A stretch of 64,000 nucleotides of DNA from an uncultured Verrucomicrobiae bacterium (GCA_963737545.1 CAVTTH010000006.1:119538-183537); one strand, 5' to 3'; shown: positions 46,675-56,367, counted from the first letter of the stretch. Program-made: numbers and translations. Notes: generated by a model from the letters alone, not told the origin.

Positions 46675-48831
46675 TTAGGGGGCGCTCGCTTTCAATTGGT
46701 CATCGCCCAGGCCCATCTTGTGGAGGAATGCGTTCCAGCGCGGGTCATCTTGAATATTCGTTAGGAGCGGATCTTTGCGCAAACTGGCCAGACCCGGGTC
46801 GCGTTGCTGGCGCGCCCGCTCCAACCATTCGAAAGCCTTATCCTTGTCCCTGCGATACGCGTAAACCTCGGCGATCTGGTATGCCGCCGTTTCCGCAAAA
46901 TCCCTGGTCAACTGCGCGAGCGCGGCGTCTGCCTCCGGGATTTTTTTCTGGCCCCAGCGTGCGCACGCCACAATCAAAAGCCGCGCCCAATCACCCGCGT
47001 CAGCTTGCGCCGCGTTTGCTGCCTCCTCGAATTTGTTCTCGAGCAGATACGACAACCCGAGACCGGCGTGCGCCCAGGGCGCCGCTGGATTCAACTCCAC
47101 CACGCGCGGAAATTCTGCGCGCGCTTCTGCGAATCGTTTCGTCGCCGCCAGGTTAAAAGCGAGAAATGCTCGTGCCTGTGGGTTGACCGGGTCCAGGTCG
47201 ACTGCTTTGCGATAGAGCTCGATTGCTCGATCCATGTTTCCGCGTGCTATTTCGAGGTTGCCCGCGGCGATCACAATGTTCGGATCTGCCGGCGCCAGCG
47301 CCAATGCCTTGCTCAACGTTTGAGCTGCCCCGTTCCAGTTAAAATCGAAATTCGTCTCGATCGACCCGCGGGCGAGTAACGCCTCCGGCAAGTTAGGCTC
47401 AATGGAGAGCGCCCGCGTCACTGCGTCACGCGCACTCGACAAATGCGCCTCGAAAGTCTTTTGTCCGCCCTCGGTCGCAAACGCGGCAAGCCAGCCATTC
47501 GTTCCCGCGACTCCGGCCCATGCCAGCGCGAACCCGGGGTCCAACTCCGTCGCGCGTTGGTAGGCAGCTAAAGCTTCGCGCGCACTTTTTTCCGAATGGC
47601 GATTTTCATAAAAGCGGCCCTGCAGATACAATTGATGCGCTTCCACATTTTTCGTCCCGCCTTTCTCCGCCGCCTGCACTTCCGCTTGAATTTTCTGTTT
47701 GTCGGCTGAACCCGCCGTGCCCCCGGTCAACCGATCGCGCACTTGCGCCACGATCGTCTCCGCGAGTTCGCTCTGAACGGCGAACACGTCTTTTAAATCA
47801 CGGGTAAAATTCTCCGACCATACTTCCTCGCCCGTGTCAGCGTGCGTGAGCCGGGCCGCGATCCGCACCGCTTCGCCGGATTTGCGCACGCTTCCTTCGA
47901 CCAGATAGGCCACGCCGAGTTTTTGTCCGATCTCCTGTGCCGTCGCATTCTTGCCTTTGAACGAAAAGGCCGAAGTCCGAGCGGCAACGTGCAAGCCGGG
48001 AATTTTTTGCAGCACAGTCAGCAACTCCTCGCTGATACCGTCTGAAAAATATTCGCTCCCCTTGTCGTCGCTCAGGTTAGCGAAGGCGAGCACGGCAACG
48101 GACTTTTGATCCGGCGCGTTGGCGGGCGCGGCGGGCAGCGCAGCTGCGGGCGCGCCTGTCGCGGGCTGGGGATTTCGGCCGGAGCGCTGCATCCACCACC
48201 AGCCGCCGAGCAAAGCAACCAGCAAGACGGCTGCGACTACCGCGACGAGAGGTGATTTTTTCGAGACATGTGTTTGGCCGGGTCCGGCCTTCACCCCTGC
48301 CTCCCACGGCAGCACGATCCGGAACAAATCCATCGGCAGTTTGATATTCTTCAAATCGGCCGAGCCGAATTTTTCGAATCTGGCTTCGAGCGCGTTGCGA
48401 ATCTGCCGTTCCACGTCCATCGAGACACAGATGCCGCCGGCGCCGGCCAGTTGTTCGATCCGTGAAGCGATGTTGACGCCGTCGCCATAGACGTCGCCCC
48501 CGCGATGAACGACGTCGCCGATGTGAATACCGATCTTGACCTGGATCCGCCGTTCGGGTGTGACGTCTGTGTTGCGCTTCGCCAGGGTGCGTTGAATTTC
48601 GATGGCGCATTGCGCCGCTTCCAGAGCGCTGCCGAATTCGACCAGAAAAGCGTCGCCGATGGTTTTGATCTCCGCGCCGTGAAAGCGCGGAAAAATTTCG
48701 CGCAACAGAGCCCGATGTTCTTCGAGCAACTCGAGCGCGAGTTTGTCGTCGCGCTGGGCCATCGCGCTGTAGCCCACCATGTCGGTGAACATGATGGCGG
48801 CGAGCTTGCGCTGTTCGGTTTCGGTGCTCAT
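46675..48831 (-). CDS. Class III adenylate/guanylate cyclase-TM-TolB-like-TPR protein
   Basis: From MSTETEQRKLAAIMFTDMVGYS. It has IKTIGDAFLVEF, KIGIHIGDVV, a TM helix LVAVVAAVLLVALLGGWWW, the module KSVAVLAFANLSDDKGSEYFSDGISEEL, then TPRs. Confidence 0.85.
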   Translation of the reverse strand: MSTETEQRKLAAIMFTDMVGYSAMAQRDDKLALELLEEHRALLREIFPRFHGAEIKTIGDAFLVEFGSALEAAQCAIEIQRTLAKRNTDVTPERRIQVKIGIHIGDVVHRGGDVYGDGVNIASRIEQLAGAGGICVSMDVERQIRNALEARFEKFGSADLKNIKLPMDLFRIVLPWEAGVKAGPGQTHVSKKSPLVAVVAAVLLVALLGGWWWMQRSGRNPQPATGAPAAALPAAPANAPDQKSVAVLAFANLSDDKGSEYFSDGISEELLTVLQKIPGLHVAARTSAFSFKGKNATAQEIGQKLGVAYLVEGSVRKSGEAVRIAARLTHADTGEEVWSENFTRDLKDVFAVQSELAETIVAQVRDRLTGGTAGSADKQKIQAEVQAAEKGGTKNVEAHQLYLQGRFYENRHSEKSAREALAAYQRATELDPGFALAWAGVAGTNGWLAAFATEGGQKTFEAHLSSARDAVTRALSIEPNLPEALLARGSIETNFDFNWNGAAQTLSKALALAPADPNIVIAAGNLEIARGNMDRAIELYRKAVDLDPVNPQARAFLAFNLAATKRFAEARAEFPRVVELNPAAPWAHAGLGLSYLLENKFEEAANAAQADAGDWARLLIVACARWGQKKIPEADAALAQLTRDFAETAAYQIAEVYAYRRDKDKAFEWLERARQQRDPGLASLRKDPLLTNIQDDPRWNAFLHKMGLGDDQLKASAP

Positions 48832-48993
48832 GGCGATGCTCTTGCCACACAGTTGAGGACGACGCAATCATCGCATCACTCCAGGTCGCAAGCCCCACTT
48901 CCGCAAACTGCGAGGGGGAGCGCCTTGAAAATTTTGGGTTCGGCGCTCGAATTGGTATTGACGCCTAACGGCGTTTCTGCCCGAATCGCCGCC

Positions 48994-49455
48994 ATGATGA
49001 AAACTCGAATTGCAGTAATGGTTCTGGCGTTGGCCGCGGCCACAGCCTGTCTTGCGGCCAGCCCGCAAATGGGGACGTGGAAGCTCAATGAGGCGAAGTC
49101 GAAGCTCGTGCCGGGGATGGGCAAGAACACGACGGTCGTTTACACAGGGCAGGGGGACAAGATCAAGGTGACCGTGGACGGCGTGGACAAGAATGGGAAA
49201 CCGACCCACAGCGTCTGGGTCGGCAAGTGGGATGGGAAGGCCTACCCCACGAAAGGGAATATGTCCTGGAGCTCGGCCGCCTACAAAGTCGTAAACGACC
49301 GGACCAACGACATCACCACGATGAAAGATGGGAAAGTCGCCTGGACGGGGACGATCACTGTCGCGGCGGATGGCAAATCGCGGACGGTCACGATCAATGG
49401 AACCGGCGCCGACGGAAAGAAGTTCAGCGGCAAGGCCGTTTACGATAAACATTAG
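48994..49455 (+). CDS. Small secreted lipocalin-like protein
   Basis: MMKTRIAVMVLALAAATACLAASPQMGTWKLNEAKSK... is a signal peptide followed by a GTWKL start typical of lipocalin-like domains. The listed longer ORF is antisense to the cyclase gene. Confidence 0.55.
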   Translation: MMKTRIAVMVLALAAATACLAASPQMGTWKLNEAKSKLVPGMGKNTTVVYTGQGDKIKVTVDGVDKNGKPTHSVWVGKWDGKAYPTKGNMSWSSAAYKVVNDRTNDITTMKDGKVAWTGTITVAADGKSRTVTINGTGADGKKFSGKAVYDKH

Positions 49456-49538
49456 ACAGGAGCGGAAGAAAACGCCCAACGTCCAATTCGGAAGGCGTTA
49501 TTTCCCGCGGGTAATCTCCAGTCCCGCCACGTTGGCGA

Positions 49539-52500
49539 TCATTGATCAAGCCCGACCCTTTTCAGCAGCGATTGAAAACGCGGCTCGTTGCGCACACTAT
49601 CGTAAATCGGGTCAACCTTTAGATACCAAACGGCGCTCTCCTGGTCGTCGTAAGATTTTTCCAGCCAATCCAAAGCCTTCTCCTTTTCGCCAAGTCCCAG
49701 ATGGATGTCAGCTAACGCTGTCGAACTGACGTATTGGTGTTTTGCCACCTCTTCGAGTTCGCGCAAGATCTGCTCGGCTTTCGGTCGATTTTCAGAAATG
49801 GCATAAGCGTAACCGAGGAGTCCTTGATACCACGCGCCGGCAATCATGATTTTAGATTTTTGAAATTCCGCGATTGCGCCCGCCGTGTCGCCTTTCCACA
49901 GGAGGCAGCAGCCTAACAAATGATGGGCGAGCGTCGAAGCGGGATCCAGTTCCAGTGTCTTCTTGATTTGGACAAGTGCATCGTCATATCGACGTGCGTG
50001 ATACAGATAGTAAGCCAGGGCAGCTTGAAAGAACGAATTCAGCGGATCGAGTTCGATCGCCTTTTTGTCTTTCGCAATCGCTTCGTCCAATCGACCAAGC
50101 CCACCCAGAAACCACGCATATATTTCATAGGCCCAGGCCAGATTAGGATTTAGTTCGATGGCGCGGTCGAATTCAACCTGGGCGTTGTGCCAATCAAAAG
50201 CCCCGGCCAGTGCGCAGGCGAGGGAAAGATGCGCTTCCGCCAGCTCCGGTTCGAGCTGAATCGCTCTTTCCGCGAGCTCCTTCTCTTTAGCCAGCGCTTC
50301 TTTGCTCGGCATCACTACTCCTCCCATGTAGGCGTAGGTGTCGGCGAGGCCGCAATAGGCCAGCGCATAGTTGGGATCGAGCTTCAGCGCCTGCTCGTAA
50401 TAGCGGATCGAGCTGGTCCAGCCGGCTTCGCTGTATTTGCCAAGTTCATAACGCCCCAGCAAATAGAGGCGATGAGCCTCCGGGTTCTCAGTCGGCTTTT
50501 TCGCCAAAGCACGCGCCGCTTCGACACCTAATTTGATTTGCAGGGCTTCGACAACGTGCTGGGCCACGTTGCTCTGAAAGGTAAAAATATCTCTTACGTC
50601 ACCATCGTAATCTTCCGACCAGAGATGGTAACCATCATTCACGTTGATGAGTTGAGCGGTGACGCGCAGCTTCTCTCCGGCTTTGCGGATGCTTCCTTCC
50701 AACACCGTATCGACATGCAGTTGATCCCCGATTTGCCGGAAAATATCCGTTTCGGTTTTGCCTTTGAAAGCGAAACAAGATGTTCGTCCCGGCACACGCA
50801 GCCCTGGCACCCTGGCCAGCGCGTTAATTAGTTCCTCGGTCATCCCGTCGCTCAAATACTCGTCGTGTTTGTCTGCGCTCATGTTCACGAACGGCAACAC
50901 GGCGACAGATTTTGCTCGATCTGCTCTGACCGCGACCGTCTCGCTTCGCTTTGGCGAGTCGGACGATCCGTTCTCGGGAATCGAGAGCCCTGCTTTGCGC
51001 AGCCCATCGAGGATGGGCTCCATCAGGCCGCTCGCGAAGTGCCAGGTCCCGACGTTCGACCGTGCATGCGCAGCAAACTCCGGATCGAGTGCCAAAAGAT
51101 CCCGGATCGCGGCGGCGGCTTCGGCGCGCCGTCCAAGGTGGCCGCAGGCCGAGGCCATGACAAGGAATGGCCAGAACAGCCCGGGGACGTCGACCCGGTT
51201 CGCACACGCGAGAGCTTGCTCGTACTCGCCGTTGTGGAAATGTTGCCAAAGGGGAGCGAAATGCATCCAGCCCGCATGATTGGCATTGAGTTCCATCGCG
51301 CGCCTAACGATCGCGGTGCCGCGCTCGAACTCGCCCGTATGCACGATCTGCAATCCCAAAATTCCAAGCGCGTCGGTGTTGAGTGGATTGAGCGCCATCG
51401 CGCGCTCGGTGGCCGGACCAAACGCCGCGAGGTCCTGGCGGAAAAAGTGTGTCTGCGCCAGCGCTACCATCGCGAACTGGTTCGCCCGATCCAATTCGAC
51501 TCCGCGACGGGCCGCAGTGAGGGCCCGATCGAGAGAGGTCGCGTCAGCCCCGGGGAAACCAAACGCGTATTCGTCGACGTAGATCTGGGCGAGACAGGCC
51601 CATAAGTCCGAAGGCCGATTGTCCGACTTTGCCCCGCGTTCGAGCCGGCTTCTTAGCGCCCCATGAGATGCAGGTGTAATCTGCTCCCGGTAGGCGAAAT
51701 ATTGGAATTGCCACTCCGCCGGAGTGAGATCGCTGTCATTTTTCTGCCTGGCTGCGTCCCGAAGTGAATGAACCAGGACACCGTAGCTGTCAGCAACCGT
51801 CGCGACGATGCGGGCGGCGACGTCGTCCTGCGCCGCAAAGATTGATAATGTTTGGAGGTCCCGGTTATAGGTCTCGGCCCAGAGCTGCGCTCCCGTCTTG
51901 GTGTCAACGAGCTGTGCGCTTACGCGAATACCGGAGCCTCCCTTGCGGATGCTTCCTTGCAACACATAACGCGCGCCGAGTTTGTCACCGCCCGCCCTCT
52001 CGCTCGTGACCACTGAGAGGTAACCGAACCGCGAAAGCCCGGTCGTGATTTCCTCGCCAAGACCGTTGGCAAACGACCCCATCTCCGCGTCACCGGAGCT
52101 TTTGAAAGGAAGCACGGCGATCCACGGCTCTTCTCCGTGCCCCGCCGCGGCGGGCTTCGTTTGCGATTTTGTCTTACGAAATTTCTCCGGCACTTCCGGA
52201 TTGCCAGCGTCCTCACCGTAAAGATTCAGGATCGAGATGCGCAATCCGTGTTTGACTTCGCATTCGCCGAGTTCATGCAGAAGCGAGCGCCATTGTGCGT
52301 ACTGCTCCAAGTCATCGGCGACACGTTTGGAAACAAGGATATGTCCGGCCTCGCCGCAATCCATCACGCGCTGAGCGAGGTTGATGCCGGCACCGGCGAT
52401 GTTGGCCTGTTCGTTCAAATCAGTGACTTGATTGACCGGGCCACTATGAATCCCCATCCGCACTCGAAGCTCCGGATGACTCTTTAGCGCTTTGCTGATT

Positions 52501-52754
52501 TCCAGCGCGCACAAAACTGGCGCTTCCAGACTGTTTCGAAAAACAAGCGCCCCGCCGTCGCCCGTCGGTAAACGCATCAACTTCCCTTGACCTTCGGCGA
52601 GACGGAACTGCTCGGTTCCTCGGACAATCTCACGTAACGTTTGGATCTGCTCGCTTTGCTCGTTAATCAGCAATTTCGAGTAACCGACGATGTCGATGAA
52701 CAAGACGTGGCCGATCTCGAACTTTACATCTGAGGAACGCTCGGTCGGTGGCAT
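49539..52754 (-). CDS. Large soluble class III cyclase with two TolB-like modules and two TPR blocks (no TM helix seen)
   Basis: 1071 aa. It has MPPTERSSDVKFEIGHVLFIDIVGYSKLLI, then PWIAVLPFKSSGD..., later KSVAVLPFVNMSADKHDEYLSDGMTEEL, with TPR-like repeats after each. I found no hydrophobic stretch of about 20 aa. Confidence 0.85.
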   Translation of the reverse strand: MPPTERSSDVKFEIGHVLFIDIVGYSKLLINEQSEQIQTLREIVRGTEQFRLAEGQGKLMRLPTGDGGALVFRNSLEAPVLCALEISKALKSHPELRVRMGIHSGPVNQVTDLNEQANIAGAGINLAQRVMDCGEAGHILVSKRVADDLEQYAQWRSLLHELGECEVKHGLRISILNLYGEDAGNPEVPEKFRKTKSQTKPAAAGHGEEPWIAVLPFKSSGDAEMGSFANGLGEEITTGLSRFGYLSVVTSERAGGDKLGARYVLQGSIRKGGSGIRVSAQLVDTKTGAQLWAETYNRDLQTLSIFAAQDDVAARIVATVADSYGVLVHSLRDAARQKNDSDLTPAEWQFQYFAYREQITPASHGALRSRLERGAKSDNRPSDLWACLAQIYVDEYAFGFPGADATSLDRALTAARRGVELDRANQFAMVALAQTHFFRQDLAAFGPATERAMALNPLNTDALGILGLQIVHTGEFERGTAIVRRAMELNANHAGWMHFAPLWQHFHNGEYEQALACANRVDVPGLFWPFLVMASACGHLGRRAEAAAAIRDLLALDPEFAAHARSNVGTWHFASGLMEPILDGLRKAGLSIPENGSSDSPKRSETVAVRADRAKSVAVLPFVNMSADKHDEYLSDGMTEELINALARVPGLRVPGRTSCFAFKGKTETDIFRQIGDQLHVDTVLEGSIRKAGEKLRVTAQLINVNDGYHLWSEDYDGDVRDIFTFQSNVAQHVVEALQIKLGVEAARALAKKPTENPEAHRLYLLGRYELGKYSEAGWTSSIRYYEQALKLDPNYALAYCGLADTYAYMGGVVMPSKEALAKEKELAERAIQLEPELAEAHLSLACALAGAFDWHNAQVEFDRAIELNPNLAWAYEIYAWFLGGLGRLDEAIAKDKKAIELDPLNSFFQAALAYYLYHARRYDDALVQIKKTLELDPASTLAHHLLGCCLLWKGDTAGAIAEFQKSKIMIAGAWYQGLLGYAYAISENRPKAEQILRELEEVAKHQYVSSTALADIHLGLGEKEKALDWLEKSYDDQESAVWYLKVDPIYDSVRNEPRFQSLLKRVGLDQ

Positions 52755-52792
52755 GAGACCGCTTATTATAATATGACCTGCAATTTAACGAG
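52755..52792 (-). promoter_or_regulatory. Conserved promoter-like module CTCGTT-N18-TAATAA-N8-ATG
   Basis: The minus strand reads ctcgtt aaattgcaggtcatatta taataa gcggtctc ATG. A near-identical orphan copy lies at 44164-44212. Confidence 0.35.
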
Positions 52793-52815
52793 CCTGTTTC
52801 GATATTGAGAAGAAC

Positions 52816-52898
52816 AACCGCGGATTACGCGGATGACGCGGATTAAGAGTTAAAGCAAATGCTGCGGTAATCCGTGTAAATCCGCGTAATCCGCGGTT
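52816..52898. repeat. ~82-nt hairpin repeat, copy 3
   Basis: The sequence is aaccgcggattacgcggatgacgcggattaagagttaaagcaaatgctgcggtaatccgtgtaaatccgcgtaatccgcggtt, followed by cagatcttattatata. Confidence 0.8.
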
Positions 52899-53002
52899 CA
52901 GATCTTATTATATAAACATTGTGCCGCTCAATTCGGCGAAGAATTGCTTGCCGCGCCGTAGACTTGATGCCGGTCCGGCTCGAACCGAAGGCGGGTCGAT
53001 CT

Positions 53003-53728
53003 TCACTGTTTTGTCGCCAGGACGTAGATGACCCACGGGGCGATCAATGTCTCGGCCAGCCATTGGTGTGGCTCATTCTTTCGCCCGAGCGGGGTGTGAT
53101 GCGCGATGAGGTCGAGTCCAGCGGCAGCGAAGAGTTCCATATAGTCCTCGTGGAACCAAACAACGTCGACGACGGGACGCGCATCCGTCACGTCCTTCAT
53201 CACGATCCGGACCGGCGAGCCACCCTTGGCGCGGCGATTCTCTGGAAAATCTTTGGTGGTGAACGATACCCATTCGTGGGTGTAGATGTCCGGCGTCGAG
53301 CCGAGCAGGATGATGCGCCCGTCGTCGTTCAGTAATCGTGAGAGACGACGTAACAGTTCACTTCGCCAGGCCACATCGGGAATGTTGTCAAAAGCGAAGG
53401 CAGAAAGAATCAGATCAAACCGAGTTTCATCGAAGGCGCTGAAATCGCCGTCATCCACCAGCCGATAGCTTCCCTCTGGATCGACGGCGGTGGCCAGTTG
53501 GACCATGCGCCTTGATATGTCGATCCCGATCGCATTGAAACCGAGCTTCTTCAGGAACCGCGTCGAGCGTCCGGCCCCGCATCCGAAGTCAAGGGCTTCG
53601 CGTCCGATCACATGTTTGTGGATTATCGCCGGCAGATCACGATATGCGAGATAGTATGTCCCGGGAAACTCGAGAGTGGCGTAGGCTTCGGCCCGCTGCG
53701 CATCGTCGTAGACGTTGGAGAATTGCAC
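53003..53728 (-). CDS. Class I SAM-dependent methyltransferase
   Basis: 241 aa with motif I ALDFGCGAGRST. The rest has a typical Methyltransf_11/25-like layout. Confidence 0.85.
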   Translation of the reverse strand: MQFSNVYDDAQRAEAYATLEFPGTYYLAYRDLPAIIHKHVIGREALDFGCGAGRSTRFLKKLGFNAIGIDISRRMVQLATAVDPEGSYRLVDDGDFSAFDETRFDLILSAFAFDNIPDVAWRSELLRRLSRLLNDDGRIILLGSTPDIYTHEWVSFTTKDFPENRRAKGGSPVRIVMKDVTDARPVVDVVWFHEDYMELFAAAGLDLIAHHTPLGRKNEPHQWLAETLIAPWVIYVLATKQ

Positions 53729-53936
53729 GCTTGTCTCTACCTCACGCTGGATCGTCCTTCAAAATTGTTCGCAAATGAATCCTGAAACAGTGCGTCACAC
53801 TGGCAGTGGCTTAGCATCCCCGACGGAGCCCCTCGACCGGCTCTGGGCCTTGAGCTTGCCGAAACGGGGGCCGATCCACCTTACCGCTTGTTACATGTCA
53901 CTCGCTTGCCACGCCGAAGCCTCGCGCGTAGGCGGG

Positions 53937-56329
53937 TCACTTTGCTGTTTCTTTTGGCGCAAGGGACGCGACGATTTTTTCGAAGCGCGGATCGCCGCGG
54001 AGCGGGTCCCAGACCGGGAACAGTTTCAAGGCGCCGTAGCTCAGCATCACCGATGCGGCGGGAGCACGCAGCCCAGCTTCCAGTTGCTGCAAGGCAAGCT
54101 CCTTGTCGCCCGCCCACGCTGCCGTGATGGCGAAATATTGAAGAACGAGAATGCCGTTGTAGACATCTTTTTCCAACGGCGTGAGCGCGATCGCTCGACG
54201 GCCTTCGTCCAAGGCCAGGTCTTTCCGCCCAAGAGCAGCATCGATTAAGCCGAGGACGCAGAGCGCCGGGCCGTAGTCCGGCTGCGCCTGCACGATCTTC
54301 TCCTGCTCTGCGCGAGCCGCTTCAAACGCAGTGCGCGCTCTTGCCTCATCTTTGGTCATGCGCGCCAGCAGCCCTTCACCAAAGCTGCGGCTCAAAATAA
54401 TCGTGTCGTCGACCCAGCATGGGTTGTCGCCCAGCGCGACGAGTGCTCGTTCGGCCGCAGCCGGATCGCGTTCGGCCAGAGCGCAAAGGAACCAGACGTC
54501 CGCGGCGCTGGCGATGGCGCTCGGCCCTTGGGCGAGGATTGCATCAATCGTTTGATGGAGCGGCCGGGTGTCCGCTTTCCAGCAGACGTAATCTAGGTCA
54601 CGATTGGCCCGTGTTTCGACGTTGTCGGGCACGATCGCTAACGCCCGATCCATGGCAGCGATCGCCTCGGCATAGCGCCCCAATGTTTGGTAACTGAGCG
54701 CGATCTGTTGCAGAGTAAAAAAGTTGCGCGGGTCCAGCTCCACCGCGCGTTGCAGGTTGCGCAGTCCTTCCTCCTGCTGGCCGCGCCGCCGCAGAATGTA
54801 GCCGGTGAGTTCGAAGAGACGCGGATCATTGGGTAACGCTCGCCGCGCAATCTCCAATTCGGCCAGGGCGCCGGCATAGTCGCGCCGCCCGTGGTAGAGA
54901 TATTGTGCGCGCGCCAAATGCGTTTCGGCTGCATCCGGCCGCAGCCGTGTCGCGGCTTGCAGAGCAGCTTCAGCCAGCGCCAGCCGGGCGGGAGTGTGAT
55001 CATACCCCGTTACTGCATAAAGTTGTTCGTGCGCAGAGGCGAGCTGGCAGTAAGCGTCGAAAAATGAGGGATCGCGCTTGACCGCTTCATCCAGAAGTTC
55101 AATTGCCTTCCGCCGGTCTGGATCGGCCGTCACGCTGAAACCTGACGTGAGGAGAAGTGACTTCGCCCGGCTGTAAAGATCGAATGCCGTCAGATCAGTC
55201 GTGGGCGGCTGCTCGATGGCTTTCTTCTCGTTAGGCGAGAGCTTGGCCTGCAACTGATCGGCAATCGCCTTGGCGATTTCGCTTTGGATGGCGAAGACAT
55301 CGGCCAGATCGCGATCGTAGGTTTGCGCCCAGAGATGCGCGTCGGTCCGCGCATCGAGCAACTGCGCGATTCACCCGCACTTTGTTGGCCGCGCGCTGCA
55401 CACTGCCTTCGACGACATGTGCGACGCCTAGTTGCTGGCCGATCTCGCGCAGATTGCGCGGCGACGCCGCTTTTGTATTGCATCACGGAAGTGCGGCTGA
55501 TCACTTTCAGATCAGCGATCTGCGCAAGGTCGGTCAGGATTTGGTCCTGCACGCCATCGGTAAAGAATTCGTTTTGTTTTTCTTCGCTCAGATTTTCGAA
55601 CGGCAACACCGCAAGCGATTTTTCGGGAATGGCGGCGCCTTTCGTCGCGGGCCGATGCGGTGAAATAATACACTCGCGCTGGCCACGAGGATCGCGGCCA
55701 GCACGAGCGCGGCGATCAATCCGGCACTACTGCGCCGCTTCAGCTTTTGTTTCGTCTGTTGAAACTTTTTCGGCAAGGCGGCGTTGCCCAGTGGCTCGGC
55801 GTAGAGATTAACCAGATGAAGTCGAACGCCGTGCTTGACCTCGCATTCACCCAAGTCGCGCAAACGTGAGGCCCATTGCCGGGAATGCCACCAGATCATC
55901 GGCCACGTGCTGGGAAAGAAGAATGTGCCCGGCGTCACCGCAATCCATCACCCGTTGCGCCATGTTAATGCCAGCCCCGGCGATGTTGGTGCGTCCACTC
56001 ACGTCGGTCACCTCGCTGACCGGGCCGCTGTGAATGCCCATGCGCACCGGAAGTTCGGGATGTTTCTGAAGCGCTTCGGCAACTTCGAGCGCGCAGCGGG
56101 CCGGTTCTTCCGCGCTATGACGGAAGACCAGCGCCATCCCATCGCCGGTCGGCAGCCTAACGAGTTGTTCGTCGGTCGAGTCGCGCACCTGCGCCGTCCC
56201 GAGCACGATCTTCGTCAACTGGCCGAGGCGCTCCTTTTGTTCTTCGATCAGGAGCTTGGAGTAACCGACGATGTCGATGAAGAGGACATGCCCGATTTCA
56301 AGGTGCAGATTGTCGTCAGATTCCGGCAC
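53937..56329 (-). pseudogene. Cyclase-TM-TolB-like-TPR pseudogene broken into four ORFs, mosaic of two other paralogues
   Basis: ORFs 55847..56329, 55588..55938, 55190..55609 and 53937..55361 together cover one gene. Single-base insertions relative to paralogues are visible at about 55885 (gggaatgcc vs gggaagcc), about 55465 and about 55367 (gcgattcac vs gcgttcac), plus one near 55640. Confidence 0.85.
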
Positions 56330-56365
56330 TGGCTTGTTCTACCCAGAAAGTCGCGATTTAACGAA
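56330..56365 (-). promoter_or_regulatory. Conserved promoter-like module TTCGTT-N18-TAGAAC-N6-GTG
   Basis: The minus strand reads ttcgtt aaatcgcgactttctggg tagaac aagcca GTG. It begins 2 nt after the stop of the upstream gene. Confidence 0.3.
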
Positions 56366-56367
56366 GG

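Noticed and set aside
48505-49455. The 316-aa ORF as a single gene.
   Set aside because: Its first ~160 codons are antisense to the 5' end of the cyclase gene and are compositionally odd. A signal peptide begins at the internal ATG at 48994, which gives a sensible 153-aa secreted protein.
43366-52898. The possibility that the repeated CGCGGATTA-type hairpins form a CRISPR array.
   Set aside because: There are only three full copies, at irregular distances (about 0.9 kb and 8.6 kb). Each copy is itself a long palindrome with a conserved loop. There are no regularly sized spacers and no cas genes.
11994-56329. Programmed ribosomal frameshifting as an explanation for the split cyclase paralogues.
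   Set aside because: The shift sites differ between paralogues in position and direction. They lack a shared slippery heptamer. One locus needs at least four shifts.
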